A stretch of 24,445 bases of DNA, from the NCBI GenBank assembly GCA_044870765.1, contig JBIOZG010000007.1:1-24445 (forward strand), given 5' to 3'. Positions 7,404-16,497 of this stretch are shown piece after piece. The translations under genes were made by a program, and so were the position numbers. The notes beneath the pieces were generated by a model. It saw nothing but the letters and a program-made list of their open reading frames with translations. It was not told where the DNA came from and searched no databases. The stretch is from Nitrososphaeraceae archaeon. GTDB lineage: Archaea; Thermoproteota; Nitrososphaeria; Nitrososphaerales; Nitrososphaeraceae. How positions within the stretch are numbered: the first letter of the stretch is position 1; each line of letters starts with the position of its first letter.

Positions 7404-7649
7404 TTATTTTGGTCTATATGGGAATTCATACTTTTCATCTAAGTTTAAAGGGATAAATTCAACATTCTCATAATGGCAAGTAGGACATTCATAAATTTTG
7501 GTATCAGGATCTTTCATATTTTCTAAAACACGATTAATTAAATCAATTCTCTTCATTAAATATCGTTTGTATGGTGAGTCATCTTTATCTCTACTGTACC
7601 TAATTTTAGAATCTTTAATTTCTCATTGTAATCTTCGTTCTATGATCAT
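7404..7649 (-). pseudogene. Hypothetical-protein pseudogene with in-frame TGA at codon 9 and a CxxC tail
   Basis: MIIERRLQ*EIKDSKIRYSRDKDDSPYKRYLMKRIDLINRVLENMKDPDTKIYECPTCHYENVEFIPLNLDEKYEFPYRPK*; 82 codons with a single internal stop at 7623-7625. Confidence 0.6.
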
Positions 7650-7701
7650 AGTCCGAAATTAAAGTTGGAAGGATTTAATTTATCTAGTGATTTCTCTAGA
7701 T

Positions 7702-7808
7702 TGAGAATTTGTAGATGCAGTGTCCGAATTAGGCAAATAGGACGGAAGAGGGATATCTAACCGTCCCACAAGATAAGCGTATCCGGTGAAGGCCTATCTC
7801 AAATCTCA
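7702..7808 (-). ncRNA. Candidate multi-branched structured RNA
   Basis: Nested complementary segments found by eye; two stems gain G-U pairs only on the minus strand. No family recognised. Confidence 0.3.
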
Positions 7809-7899
7809 TTCGTAATTATTAGAAGTTAAAGGATTGTGATACAAGCCTCTAAATGATGAAAAGATACCCATAAATAATTTAGAGCAGAAAACATTCCTT

Positions 7900-7995
7900 A
7901 TGGAAAAATATATCTTACTTTTAAGATGGACAGATCAAGGAATCAAAAACGTTAAGGACACAATTAAGCGCCCTGAATCTTTTAAGGAAGTTTAA
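7900..7995 (+). pseudogene. Truncated GYD-domain protein (N-terminal 31 aa only)
   Basis: MEKYILLLRWTDQGIKNVKDTIKRPESFKEV* matches the GYD-family N-terminus (Y..L..WTDQGI.NVK....R). It ends 13 bp before the ahcY stop. Confidence 0.75.
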
Positions 7996-8008
7996 TTAAA
8001 AAATCCGC

Positions 8009-9256
8009 TTACGTCCCTTCGCTAAAGCCGGTCAAATAAGTGTGTTGATCCTCAGTAAGGGTATCTATATTAATGTCCATTGATTCCAATTTTGCTTTTG
8101 CTATTTGTTGATCCTGCGACCTCTCGATATCATATACTGCAGGAGATAACGATCCTTTTAGTTGAATCAGTTTAATCGCTGAAAGAAGTTGGTTGGCAAA
8201 GCTCATATCCATTACCTCTGATGGATGTCCTTCAGCGGCGACAAGGTTGACTAATCTTCCTTCTCCTATGAGATATAGTTTGTTTCCTTTCTTAAGTTCA
8301 TACTCTGTTGTATTCTGATTAATCTGTTTTACCTTAACCGAGCTTGATTTGAGTGTGTCAATTGAAATTTCCACATTGAAATGTCCTGCATTAGCTAGTA
8401 TAGTTCCATTTTTCATTTTCAAGAAGTGTTCCTCTCTTATTACATTCTTGCATCCTGTTGTAGTAATGAACAAGTCCCCAGTCATTGCCGCAGAAGCCAT
8501 TGGTAAAACGGAGTATCCGTCCAGTTTTGCTTTCAACGCTGCAATTGGTTCAATTTCAGTTATTATTACATTAGCTCCCAGTCCTGCAGCTCTTCTTGCA
8601 ATACCTTTTCCGACGTGTCCGTATCCTGAGACAACTACATTCTTTCCTGAAATCAGTATGTTAGTAGCTCTGATTATGCCGTCTAGGGCTGACTGACCTG
8701 TTCCATAAACATTGTCAAAATCATGTTTTGTTTCAGCATCGTTGACGGCCATTATCGGATATTTGAGTTTACCATTCTTTTCCATCGCTCGTAATCTAAC
8801 AACTCCAGTTGTTGTTTCTTCTGTACCGCCATAGACCTCAGATAAATTTCCCGAGTTATGCATTTCCACAGTAAGATCGGCTCCATCATCAATTGTAACG
8901 TTTGGTTTAATTCCCATTGCTGAACGAATATCATCATAGTATTGTTCGTTTGAAACTCCTCTGCTAGCATATATTGAGACTCCTTCGTCTACTAGTGCCG
9001 CGGCAACATCGTCTTGCGTGCTCAAAGGATTGCAACCACACCAAGTTAAGTCAGCGCCCAAATCCCGCAGCGTGCGTATTAACACTCCAGTCTCTTTAGT
9101 AACATGGAGACATCCCGCAAATTTAATACCCTTTAAGGGACTCTTGGCCAGTAATTTTTTTTTAAGATTGAGCAATACTGGCATATGCACCTGCGCCCAG
9201 TCGATTTTTCTCTTCCCTTCTTCAGCTAATTTTGGGTCTTTAATTCTGTAATTCAT
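8009..9256 (-). CDS. ahcY: Adenosylhomocysteinase
   Basis: GCLHVTKET, CNPLSTQD, DDGADL, EETTTGV, KHDFDNVYGTGQS and GHPSEVMDMSFANQ motifs. Confidence 0.98.
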   Translation of the reverse strand: MNYRIKDPKLAEEGKRKIDWAQVHMPVLLNLKKKLLAKSPLKGIKFAGCLHVTKETGVLIRTLRDLGADLTWCGCNPLSTQDDVAAALVDEGVSIYASRGVSNEQYYDDIRSAMGIKPNVTIDDGADLTVEMHNSGNLSEVYGGTEETTTGVVRLRAMEKNGKLKYPIMAVNDAETKHDFDNVYGTGQSALDGIIRATNILISGKNVVVSGYGHVGKGIARRAAGLGANVIITEIEPIAALKAKLDGYSVLPMASAAMTGDLFITTTGCKNVIREEHFLKMKNGTILANAGHFNVEISIDTLKSSSVKVKQINQNTTEYELKKGNKLYLIGEGRLVNLVAAEGHPSEVMDMSFANQLLSAIKLIQLKGSLSPAVYDIERSQDQQIAKAKLESMDINIDTLTEDQHTYLTGFSEGT

Positions 9257-9453
9257 TCATCTCTGTGATATTTCCGAGACATATTATTCTTGCACCTCCA
9301 TCAAAATTATGGGAGTTAACTCTCGATTCCATTCTTAAAATGCTCACAAAAGCGAAACGAGTTGAAATTTTCTTTATTAGGCTTAATATTGCATCAATAA
9401 AATCGTCAAACTAATATCATGATAAATATATGAATTAGTTTATCGAGAAAACG

Positions 9454-9972
9454 ATGAAAAGGCTTCAGATTGCAGTTATAGGATATAATCAGGATAAATC
9501 AAATGAGATAACAAACAAAATAGCATATGAGGTAGGAACCGAGATTGCAAAGGCAAATGCAGTATTACTCTCCGGCGGTCTTGGCGGCGTCATGGAAAAT
9601 GCCTGCAAGGGTGCAAAGGAACAGGGAGGATTGACGGTAGGGATTATTCCTCAGGAAGAGGCGCGGTTTGCAAACAAATTCTGTGATGTAGTTATTGCAA
9701 CAGGAATAGGCTACGCCAGAGATTTTATGGTAGCATCATCAGCAGATGGCATTATCGCTGTAGGCGGCGGCGTTGGTACCTTGATAGAACTTTGCGTGGG
9801 ATACATGCTAAAAAAAATATTGGTAACAATACCCAGCAGTGGAGGTACTGCTGAAAACTATGGCGGAAGGTATCTGGATGACAGAAAGCGAGTCTTCATA
9901 CGGACTTCAGACAATGCGCGCTCTGCAGTTAAAGATATTTTAGACTACTTTGAATCAAATCAACAATCCTAG
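9454..9972 (+). CDS. LOG-like / TIGR00725-type Rossmann-fold protein
   Basis: SGGLGGVME..CKGA...GGLTVGIIP, TGIGYARD and GGGVGTLIEL motifs. Confidence 0.88.
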   Translation: MKRLQIAVIGYNQDKSNEITNKIAYEVGTEIAKANAVLLSGGLGGVMENACKGAKEQGGLTVGIIPQEEARFANKFCDVVIATGIGYARDFMVASSADGIIAVGGGVGTLIELCVGYMLKKILVTIPSSGGTAENYGGRYLDDRKRVFIRTSDNARSAVKDILDYFESNQQS

Positions 9973-9998
9973 TCCGTTACAATTGTTGAAGAACCGAC

Positions 9999-11144
9999 TT
10001 ATTTTAAAAGAGTGACGAGGTAAGGGTCTGGAGTATAAAATGATTCATTTCCTTTTTTCAATTGATTCAGAGTATTTATTATATTCTCAAACCCGTACTC
10101 TTTTCCTATCTCAAAAAGCTCCTTTTTAAGCCCCATTCCCAATCTCAGCGCCAATTCAAGATCCTCTTTATTGCACACTTTATTCGTGATAAGCCATGAC
10201 GCATTGTTTAATGCGACTGATAACATCCTAATTGGGTCATATTGTTTTGCTTCCTCTTCCGATAACGGAACCCTTTCATAATTCTTGTCCCCATAGGAAT
10301 AGAAGCCATCTCCTGATTTTTTGCCAAGTTTTCCTGATGAAAATAATTGTGCAATCATAGGGTGGGGATGTATTACTTTCTTATCTCGAGAGTACATTTC
10401 AACAGTCGCTTTGTGAATAACATCGATTCCAGTATAGTCTGCTAATTCAAAAATTCCCATTGGTAGAAACAATTTAAATTTAACGGCTGAATCAATTTGT
10501 GTCATAGTTTTGCCATCACTTTCTAGGCAGTATGCTGCTTCATGGACTAGCGGTATGAATATTCTATTTACAATAAATCCTGGAACGTCTTTATTACATA
10601 AAATAGGATCTTTCCCAAATGATTTTACCAGCTTGATTCCGAGGTCTACAATCGATTTCTCAGTTCTTGCTCCTGGAATTACCTCAACTAATTTCATAAG
10701 TTGTGGAGGATTAAAGAAATGTAATCCGATAAATCTGTCAGGTCTACTTGTTAATTGAGATATTTCACTGATTGGTAATGTACTTGTATTCGATGCATAC
10801 ACAGTTTTTTCTTCAGCAAATTGATCCACTTCTGAATATACCTTCTTCTTAAGATTTAGATCTTCTGGAACAGCTTCGATAAGTAAGTCAGTATCAATTA
10901 ATGCATCCTTTAGGTCCACAATCGGTTTTATTCTTCCATAAATCTTATCAGATTCTTCCTTTTTTATCTTGTTTTTTTCAACGAGCTTATCAAGCGACCA
11001 TTTTATTTTATCCATTGCACTGTCTAAGAACTTCTGTTCTATATCACGGAGCACGACTTGATATCCATTCATTGCGGAAATCTGTGCAATTCCGTGCCCC
11101 ATAATTCCTGAACCTAAAACTGTGATTTTATTTAATTGTGGCAA
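9999..11144 (-). CDS. 3-hydroxyacyl-CoA (3-hydroxybutyryl-CoA) dehydrogenase
   Basis: VLGSGIMGHGIAQ, EAVPEDL..K, ASNTSTL, GLHFFNP..LMKLVEV and PGFIVNR motifs. Confidence 0.95.
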   Translation of the reverse strand: MPQLNKITVLGSGIMGHGIAQISAMNGYQVVLRDIEQKFLDSAMDKIKWSLDKLVEKNKIKKEESDKIYGRIKPIVDLKDALIDTDLLIEAVPEDLNLKKKVYSEVDQFAEEKTVYASNTSTLPISEISQLTSRPDRFIGLHFFNPPQLMKLVEVIPGARTEKSIVDLGIKLVKSFGKDPILCNKDVPGFIVNRIFIPLVHEAAYCLESDGKTMTQIDSAVKFKLFLPMGIFELADYTGIDVIHKATVEMYSRDKKVIHPHPMIAQLFSSGKLGKKSGDGFYSYGDKNYERVPLSEEEAKQYDPIRMLSVALNNASWLITNKVCNKEDLELALRLGMGLKKELFEIGKEYGFENIINTLNQLKKGNESFYTPDPYLVTLLK

Positions 11145-11257
11145 CGGTACTACTTCAAAAATTCATGATTTTTAATGTTTACGATTGTATTCGTAATATT
11201 AATTCAATATACTCGAAACTGTTTTATTGATATTACAATATCATATAGAAACAACAG

Positions 11258-11788
11258 TTGATACGATGCTTTGCGCTTTTGCTAAATCAAGATGATCCGA
11301 AAAAATGCAGCGCATTGAAATTGATAAAATTTGGTGCCGTTTTACCCACTAAATCCATACAACATAGTATGCTTGTCTTAAATCCTTTTGCAAATGTAGT
11401 AATTTGTAAAATTGATAAGACATTGGTCGAATCTATATGCGTAATTGATTGTTCTTGGAACAGGGCACAAGGAGTATTGACAAATTACAAATATTTGAGA
11501 AAGGGAATTCCAAGAAGAATACCCGGACTGTTGGCGGGAAACCCAATCAACTATGCTAGGCTAGGCAGACTATCAAGCGTTGAATCCTTATCAGCTTCTT
11601 ATTACATACTTGGAGAAAAGGAATATGCGCGATTACTACTAAATAAATTCAAGTGGGGTCATACATTTCTTGAATTAAACCATGACGCATTGGAAGATTA
11701 CTCTGCAGCCGAGGACAGAAAGGAAATATTTGATATTGAATCACAATATTTTGGAAATTATGTTTTAGAAAACGAGGGTGAGCCCTAA
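11258..11788 (+). CDS. tsr3: SSU rRNA aminocarboxypropyltransferase Tsr3 (DUF367)
   Basis: QDDPKKCSALKL, IDCSW, LLAGNPINY, LSSVE and FKWGHTFLELN motifs. Confidence 0.93.
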   Translation: MIRCFALLLNQDDPKKCSALKLIKFGAVLPTKSIQHSMLVLNPFANVVICKIDKTLVESICVIDCSWNRAQGVLTNYKYLRKGIPRRIPGLLAGNPINYARLGRLSSVESLSASYYILGEKEYARLLLNKFKWGHTFLELNHDALEDYSAAEDRKEIFDIESQYFGNYVLENEGEP

Positions 11789-11880
11789 ATTGTATTATCA
11801 CAAGTCTTCTGATTTTCTGTCAATTGCATGCTATGGTTCCTTTCCTTGGTATTAATCAAGTTATTGAGGTGAGTAGGTCT

Positions 11881-12339
11881 TTAAAATGTAAAAAAACTAG
11901 TCTGTTCTCTGTCTCTATCTCTGTCTCTACTCAACAAGAGCCATTCTATTATTCTGTCCAAACTATCGCTGATTATTGTAACCTTGATAGGCCCTAGCGG
12001 AGATTCTTCATAATCCTCAACCAATGATATCACATCTTCATATGCGGCTTGTTTGTTGAGTAGAAACCAGGTGAGATTTCCTTTCCTATTCCATTCTAAT
12101 AATTTTCTCAAAACACCCAAGGTTGACTTTGATCTAACTCCAACTCTGATATGGTGTAGTGAAAGAATCCCGGCGCAAGTGGCTTCGATGTGTCCATCTG
12201 AAAGTATGGGGTTGCATCCATTAGCAATATTTAACAGACATTTTTTTACCTTTTCTGGATCTTCGGAAGGATTTAGAACTGTTTCTACTTTGAGCTTCAC
12301 ATTCTCATTTTGAATATCACCACTATTCTTTTCTACCAA
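11881..12339 (-). CDS. Archaeal UPF0201/DUF54 putative RNA-binding protein
   Basis: NPSEDPEKV, LNKQAA and ESPLGPIKVTI motifs; usual neighbour of the adjacent P-loop kinase. Confidence 0.85.
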   Translation of the reverse strand: MVEKNSGDIQNENVKLKVETVLNPSEDPEKVKKCLLNIANGCNPILSDGHIEATCAGILSLHHIRVGVRSKSTLGVLRKLLEWNRKGNLTWFLLNKQAAYEDVISLVEDYEESPLGPIKVTIISDSLDRIIEWLLLSRDRDRDREQTSFFTF

Positions 12340-12349
12340 TTATTACCAA

Positions 12350-12940
12350 CTACTTTCTTCGAGTTCCACTTTCTTGCATCCATTTTTGGACCGTAGTGAG
12401 ACTCTGTTCACACAATTGCGATATTGTAATGTCGTTGTTAGATATAGTCTCGTCAGCCAATGCTATGGCGTTACTTATTCCCACTTCCATCTCAGTCTTA
12501 TCCCGTTTGTCAAATTCATCAATGTTAGAAGGAACGTCAGAACGATGTCTTTCCTTAACATGAGTGTACCTCGTGAAAGTCGATCCATGGATAGCCAACA
12601 ATTTGATATTTCCGGTGTCTTTAAGAACCTCTACTTCTGCCATGCTTCTAATTCCATCAACTATAACTACGTTCAACTTGTTGTCCTCTTTTCTCATTAA
12701 ATTAATTTTATTGGCAATCAAATGTGCAACTGCGCCTGGTCCATTCTTCTTTCGAAGTTTTATCATCAAATTTGCAAGGTTGTCGCTTGTGGGCGCCAAT
12801 CCTTGGCTCTCTGCAGCTTCTCTTATTACATCACCCATAATCAAAAGTGGGATGCCCGTATGATGCAGATAGTTTGCAACCGTAGTCTTACCAGCGCCTG
12901 GCATCCCGGTTAGAGCTACGATTAGAATATCCCTTGACAT
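12350..12940 (-). CDS. P-loop nucleotide-kinase-like protein (UPF0200 / dephospho-CoA-kinase-like)
   Basis: Walker A LTGMPGAGKTT, plus MGDVIRE, VDGIRS..E and F..RD..E..VG motifs. Confidence 0.85.
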   Translation of the reverse strand: MSRDILIVALTGMPGAGKTTVANYLHHTGIPLLIMGDVIREAAESQGLAPTSDNLANLMIKLRKKNGPGAVAHLIANKINLMRKEDNKLNVVIVDGIRSMAEVEVLKDTGNIKLLAIHGSTFTRYTHVKERHRSDVPSNIDEFDKRDKTEMEVGISNAIALADETISNNDITISQLCEQSLTTVQKWMQESGTRRK

Positions 12941-12972
12941 GACAAACTAGCGACGTAAATATTTCTCAATAA

Positions 12973-13203
12973 CTAATGTATTAAGTTTAGCAAATTTTTT
13001 GCCGCCAGTTGTATATCTTCAGCTTTGATAGTTTTTCTTCCGGCATGGACACTCAAATCTACCGCTTGATTAGAAATTTTCGTAGCCACTTCTTCAATTA
13101 TTCTTCTTAACTGGTCTGCAGCTTCTTCACTAACTCTTTCTCCTCCGGATTTTTTTATGATTCTGTACATTCCAGCTAGGCCTAGTTCTGGATTTTCGGT
13201 CAT
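12973..13203 (-). CDS. Archaeal histone (HMf-type)
   Basis: ELGLAGMYRIIKKSGGERVSEEA...HAGRKTIKAEDIQLA histone-fold signature. Confidence 0.95.
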   Translation of the reverse strand: MTENPELGLAGMYRIIKKSGGERVSEEAADQLRRIIEEVATKISNQAVDLSVHAGRKTIKAEDIQLAAKNLLNLIH

Positions 13204-13334
13204 TTTTTATCAAATATTCACCGACAGCCTTAAAATATCTTGTCAATAAAATGCGAGTTGAAAATAAATTAAGTTACAAGTTTCTAGAAATATTAGCCAA
13301 AGAGCCTATTTTAAAAATAATATGTATAACAAAA

Positions 13335-13460
13335 CTCCCTCATGCCAACTGGCAGGTCAAAGTTCACGTTTCTGACCATATTCAATAATATTACAAGATA
13401 TTGAATGCACGAGTCGTCCTAACTCGTATGCGATTCATCATAGAAAAGAAGAATGAGGAG
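13335..13460 (-). ncRNA. Candidate structured RNA (four hairpins closed by a basal stem)
   Basis: Consecutive inverted repeats; G-U extensions favour the minus strand. No family recognised. Confidence 0.3.
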
Positions 13461-13653
13461 ATCCTATCGAGAAAAAAGGCAGAACTCTAGGGCTGTTAGG
13501 AATCAAAAGTACAAAATATCAACTTATGCAGATTTATTCGATTTACCCATTTAATTTGGTTTTAATTTGCAACTGAGTATTTACATAGCGACCTGCAATC
13601 ACAATCGAACTTTAAATTCAAAGGTTCTCTGCTATTTTGAAATAATTGTCTTC

Positions 13654-13686
13654 GTAGAATTAATGCGTGTAGAACTAATGCGTGTA
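13654..13686 (+). repeat. 15-bp tandem duplication
   Basis: GTAGAATTAATGCGT / GTAGAACTAATGCGT / GTA. Confidence 0.85.
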
Positions 13687-13714
13687 AGTTTCTGTTTGAG
13701 TAGTTTGGATCAAG

Positions 13715-15109
13715 TTAATCACCATGATGCTCATATACTAGTTTATCATAAAACCTAACTGACTTTACATTAACAAATTCAAGCATGCCATATCTTGAAA
13801 GCTCTCTCCCAAACCCGCTATGCTTGATACCTCCAAAGGGAACTCTGGGATCAGAAGCAACCATATTGTTAACAGTAACTATTCCGCATTCCATTTCCAT
13901 TGATAATTTCTGAGCCCTATTTAAGTCACGTGTCCAGATACTTCCGCCAAGTCCAAATTCAGAATTGTTCGCTGCACTTATGGCTTCAGCTTCATCTTCT
14001 ACTATCATTATTGGTGCAACAGGTCCAAAAGTTTCTTCCTTTGAAACTCTCATTTTTGGACTTACATTTTTAATAACTGTGGGCTTGTAGAATGCTCCAA
14101 TACTTCCAATCCTTTCTCCTCCTGTCAACAGTTCAGCACCGTTGCTTATTGCATCCTTTACCATTGAATCTATATTATCAAGACTCTTGATACTTGAAAG
14201 GGGCCCTATGTCAGTATCGTCAGACATTGGATCACCCACTCTTAGTTTTTCAGTTTTCTCAACAAATGACTCAATAAATTCATTAGCGATTTTTCTTGAT
14301 ACAATGAATCTTTTTGATGCAACACAACTTTGGCCACAATTTAGAAATCTGCCTTTGATGGCTCCTTCCGCAGCTTTTTGAATATCAGCATCATCTAGAA
14401 CAATAAATGGGTCGCTTCCGCCGAGTTCCAGAACACATTTTTTTAACCGTGAAGTAGCACGCTGAGCAACCTTGGCTCCGATTTCAATGCTTCCAGTAAA
14501 AGTAACTCCATCTATGTTTGAATCTATCAACATTTCTGCAATCTGTGACTTGCCAATAACAGTATTAAATACTCCTTCCGATGCGCCACTTCTAAGGATT
14601 GTCTTTTCGATCTCTATACCACATTGCATTGTTGCACTAGCTGGCTTCAAAACTATAGTATTTCCTGCCATTAGAGATGGTGCTGCAAATCGCAAAGCCT
14701 GCCAATATGGAAAATTCCATGGCATAATGCTTGCGATTACTCCGAGTGGCTGAAATGTTATCATTGTCTTATTTGCGTCGCTGTTTAGTGATTCATTGTT
14801 AAGGAGTATATCGCCATTATAAGAGTAAAATTCTACTGCCCATGCGCATTTTTCTATCTCGGACCGGGATTCCTTTATTGGTTTTCCCATCTCTTGAGAT
14901 GCAATCCTAGCGAGACGCTCCTTATCTTTGCGCAACTGTTCGGCCAATTGAAGCAATATGATAGATCTTTTTCGTACATCACGTCTCCATTCGCAGAATG
15001 CACTTCTTGATTTACTGACTATATTGGTGACCTTCTCATTTGTCATGTTTTCGTACTCTGATATAACCTGCTCATTTGCCGGATTGATAGTTACAACAGT
15101 ATTATCCAT
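13715..15109 (-). CDS. NAD(P)-dependent aldehyde dehydrogenase, succinate-semialdehyde dehydrogenase-like
   Basis: IMPWNFPYWQALRF, FTGS, LELGGSDPFIV, catalytic NCGQSCVASKR, EETFGPV and PFGGIKHSGFGRE motifs. Confidence 0.92.
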   Translation of the reverse strand: MDNTVVTINPANEQVISEYENMTNEKVTNIVSKSRSAFCEWRRDVRKRSIILLQLAEQLRKDKERLARIASQEMGKPIKESRSEIEKCAWAVEFYSYNGDILLNNESLNSDANKTMITFQPLGVIASIMPWNFPYWQALRFAAPSLMAGNTIVLKPASATMQCGIEIEKTILRSGASEGVFNTVIGKSQIAEMLIDSNIDGVTFTGSIEIGAKVAQRATSRLKKCVLELGGSDPFIVLDDADIQKAAEGAIKGRFLNCGQSCVASKRFIVSRKIANEFIESFVEKTEKLRVGDPMSDDTDIGPLSSIKSLDNIDSMVKDAISNGAELLTGGERIGSIGAFYKPTVIKNVSPKMRVSKEETFGPVAPIMIVEDEAEAISAANNSEFGLGGSIWTRDLNRAQKLSMEMECGIVTVNNMVASDPRVPFGGIKHSGFGRELSRYGMLEFVNVKSVRFYDKLVYEHHGD

Positions 15110-15400
15110 AATCTACTTGTTAATTATTCAAAAGGGCAATTAATATTCATATGCACCATTTCCCTGCGTTTCACATCAAATTCATTCAAATTTAACATGA
15201 ATTCACATAAGAATATCATAAACTGGTGTTATTATACAGAAAATACTTGATAAGCAAAGACACTGTACGTTACTAAATACAATATTACTTAATAAAAGAA
15301 ATTTGCATCAACTAAACTCGTACAATAGACATTTCTAGGGTTAAGCAAACTACTTTGAAATTGAAAAATTATAAATTTCGACTAACCAGGATATTATTTT

Positions 15401-16288
15401 ATGAATATTGGAATAATCGGAACAGGATTAATGGGGTCCGCAATAGCCGAGAGACTGATTGTAAGAGGATTTAATGTTTTTGTTCATAATAGAACCAAAC
15501 AAAGATCAGATTTGCTGGTAAGAAAAGGTGGTATTAGGATTGGAAATCCCTCAGAATTAGGCAAGGAATGTAATTATGTAATTATCAGCGTGACCGACGG
15601 CAATGCAGTGAAAGAAATTTTGTTTGGTAATAATGGGTTGATTTATTCCAATAACAATCAACTCAGTATCATAGACACCAGTACGGTTTTACCGGAAGAT
15701 TCCATATATTGTGCTAACTTCATGAAAAGAAAAGGATACGCGATGATACAGGCGCCCATAATGGGTGGCCCTGACGCAACAAGGAAGGGAGATGTGATAT
15801 CAATTGTTTCTGGCGATAAGAAAATAATGGAAAAATGCAGACGGATTCTGACTAATTTCAGCAAGAAAATATTTTATGTGGGGCACCGTGACGGCGCTGC
15901 CAACTATCTAAAGCTTGGATTAAATCTTAACATAGCGTTAATAGCGATCTCATTGTCGGAATCAATAATATTCATAAAAAAATCAAAAAATGATCCAGCA
16001 GTCTTTCTGGACATTCTAAATTCAACTTATTTTAAGACAGGTCTCAGTGAAGTAAAAGGTCCAAAGATGATCAGAAATAATTTTGAGCCAAAATTTTTTT
16101 TGAAAAATATGCTGAAGGATGTTCAGCTGCTCAATGAATGCGCAAAAAGAAATAATACCAGTCTTTCTTTTTCATCATTGGCTGAACAATATTTTCGCAT
16201 GGCCGCAAATAGAGGTTACTCAGAATTAGACTATACTGCAATACTGAAACTATTTGGTGAATTTAACTACTTGAAAAGCTACCGCTAA
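15401..16288 (+). CDS. Beta-hydroxyacid dehydrogenase (3-hydroxyisobutyrate dehydrogenase family)
   Basis: IGIIGTGLMG, HNRT, IDTSTV and APIMGG motifs, catalytic Lys in LKLGLN, KDV.L. Confidence 0.9.
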   Translation: MNIGIIGTGLMGSAIAERLIVRGFNVFVHNRTKQRSDLLVRKGGIRIGNPSELGKECNYVIISVTDGNAVKEILFGNNGLIYSNNNQLSIIDTSTVLPEDSIYCANFMKRKGYAMIQAPIMGGPDATRKGDVISIVSGDKKIMEKCRRILTNFSKKIFYVGHRDGAANYLKLGLNLNIALIAISLSESIIFIKKSKNDPAVFLDILNSTYFKTGLSEVKGPKMIRNNFEPKFFLKNMLKDVQLLNECAKRNNTSLSFSSLAEQYFRMAANRGYSELDYTAILKLFGEFNYLKSYR

Positions 16289-16484
16289 TTAAATTTATTT
16301 AAGATCTTGGAAAATACGAGGGAAACACAAAAGGCGTAGAGTCAATACTGTTGAGTTATCTATAATTCGCAATACAATAGTTTCAGCCATTATTTCATCC
16401 ACCATTGTAGTCATCAATCCATCAATCCATCATTCCTTCCGATGTAATCACTAGGTTTTTATTTTGCTTAAAAGGAATTTTAAG

Positions 16485-16490
16485 GGAGGT
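16485..16490 (+). promoter_or_regulatory. Shine-Dalgarno of the aIF1A gene
   Basis: GGAGGT 7 nt upstream of the TTA at 16498. Confidence 0.7.
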
Positions 16491-16497
16491 TTTTAGA

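Noticed and set aside
7623-7625. Selenocysteine or programmed readthrough at the in-frame TGA
   Set aside because: Not in a redox-motif context and no Sec machinery is visible; a simple nonsense mutation is more parsimonious.
6780-8000. Integrated element at tRNA-Val
   Set aside because: No integrase and no duplicated tRNA end found in the window; the decayed patch lies on the tRNA 5' side.
11906-11929. Hexamer-like microsatellite as a phase-variation tract
   Set aside because: Short, imperfect and in frame; it only encodes an RDRDRDRE tail.
13367-13377. 11-mer GGTCAGAAACG shared (opposite strands) with 1600-1610
   Set aside because: It pairs differently in the two folds, and 11-mer matches are expected by chance in a window of this size.
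16412-16436. 8-bp tandem CATCAATC x3 upstream of aIF1A
   Set aside because: Low-complexity slippage repeat with no supporting function.
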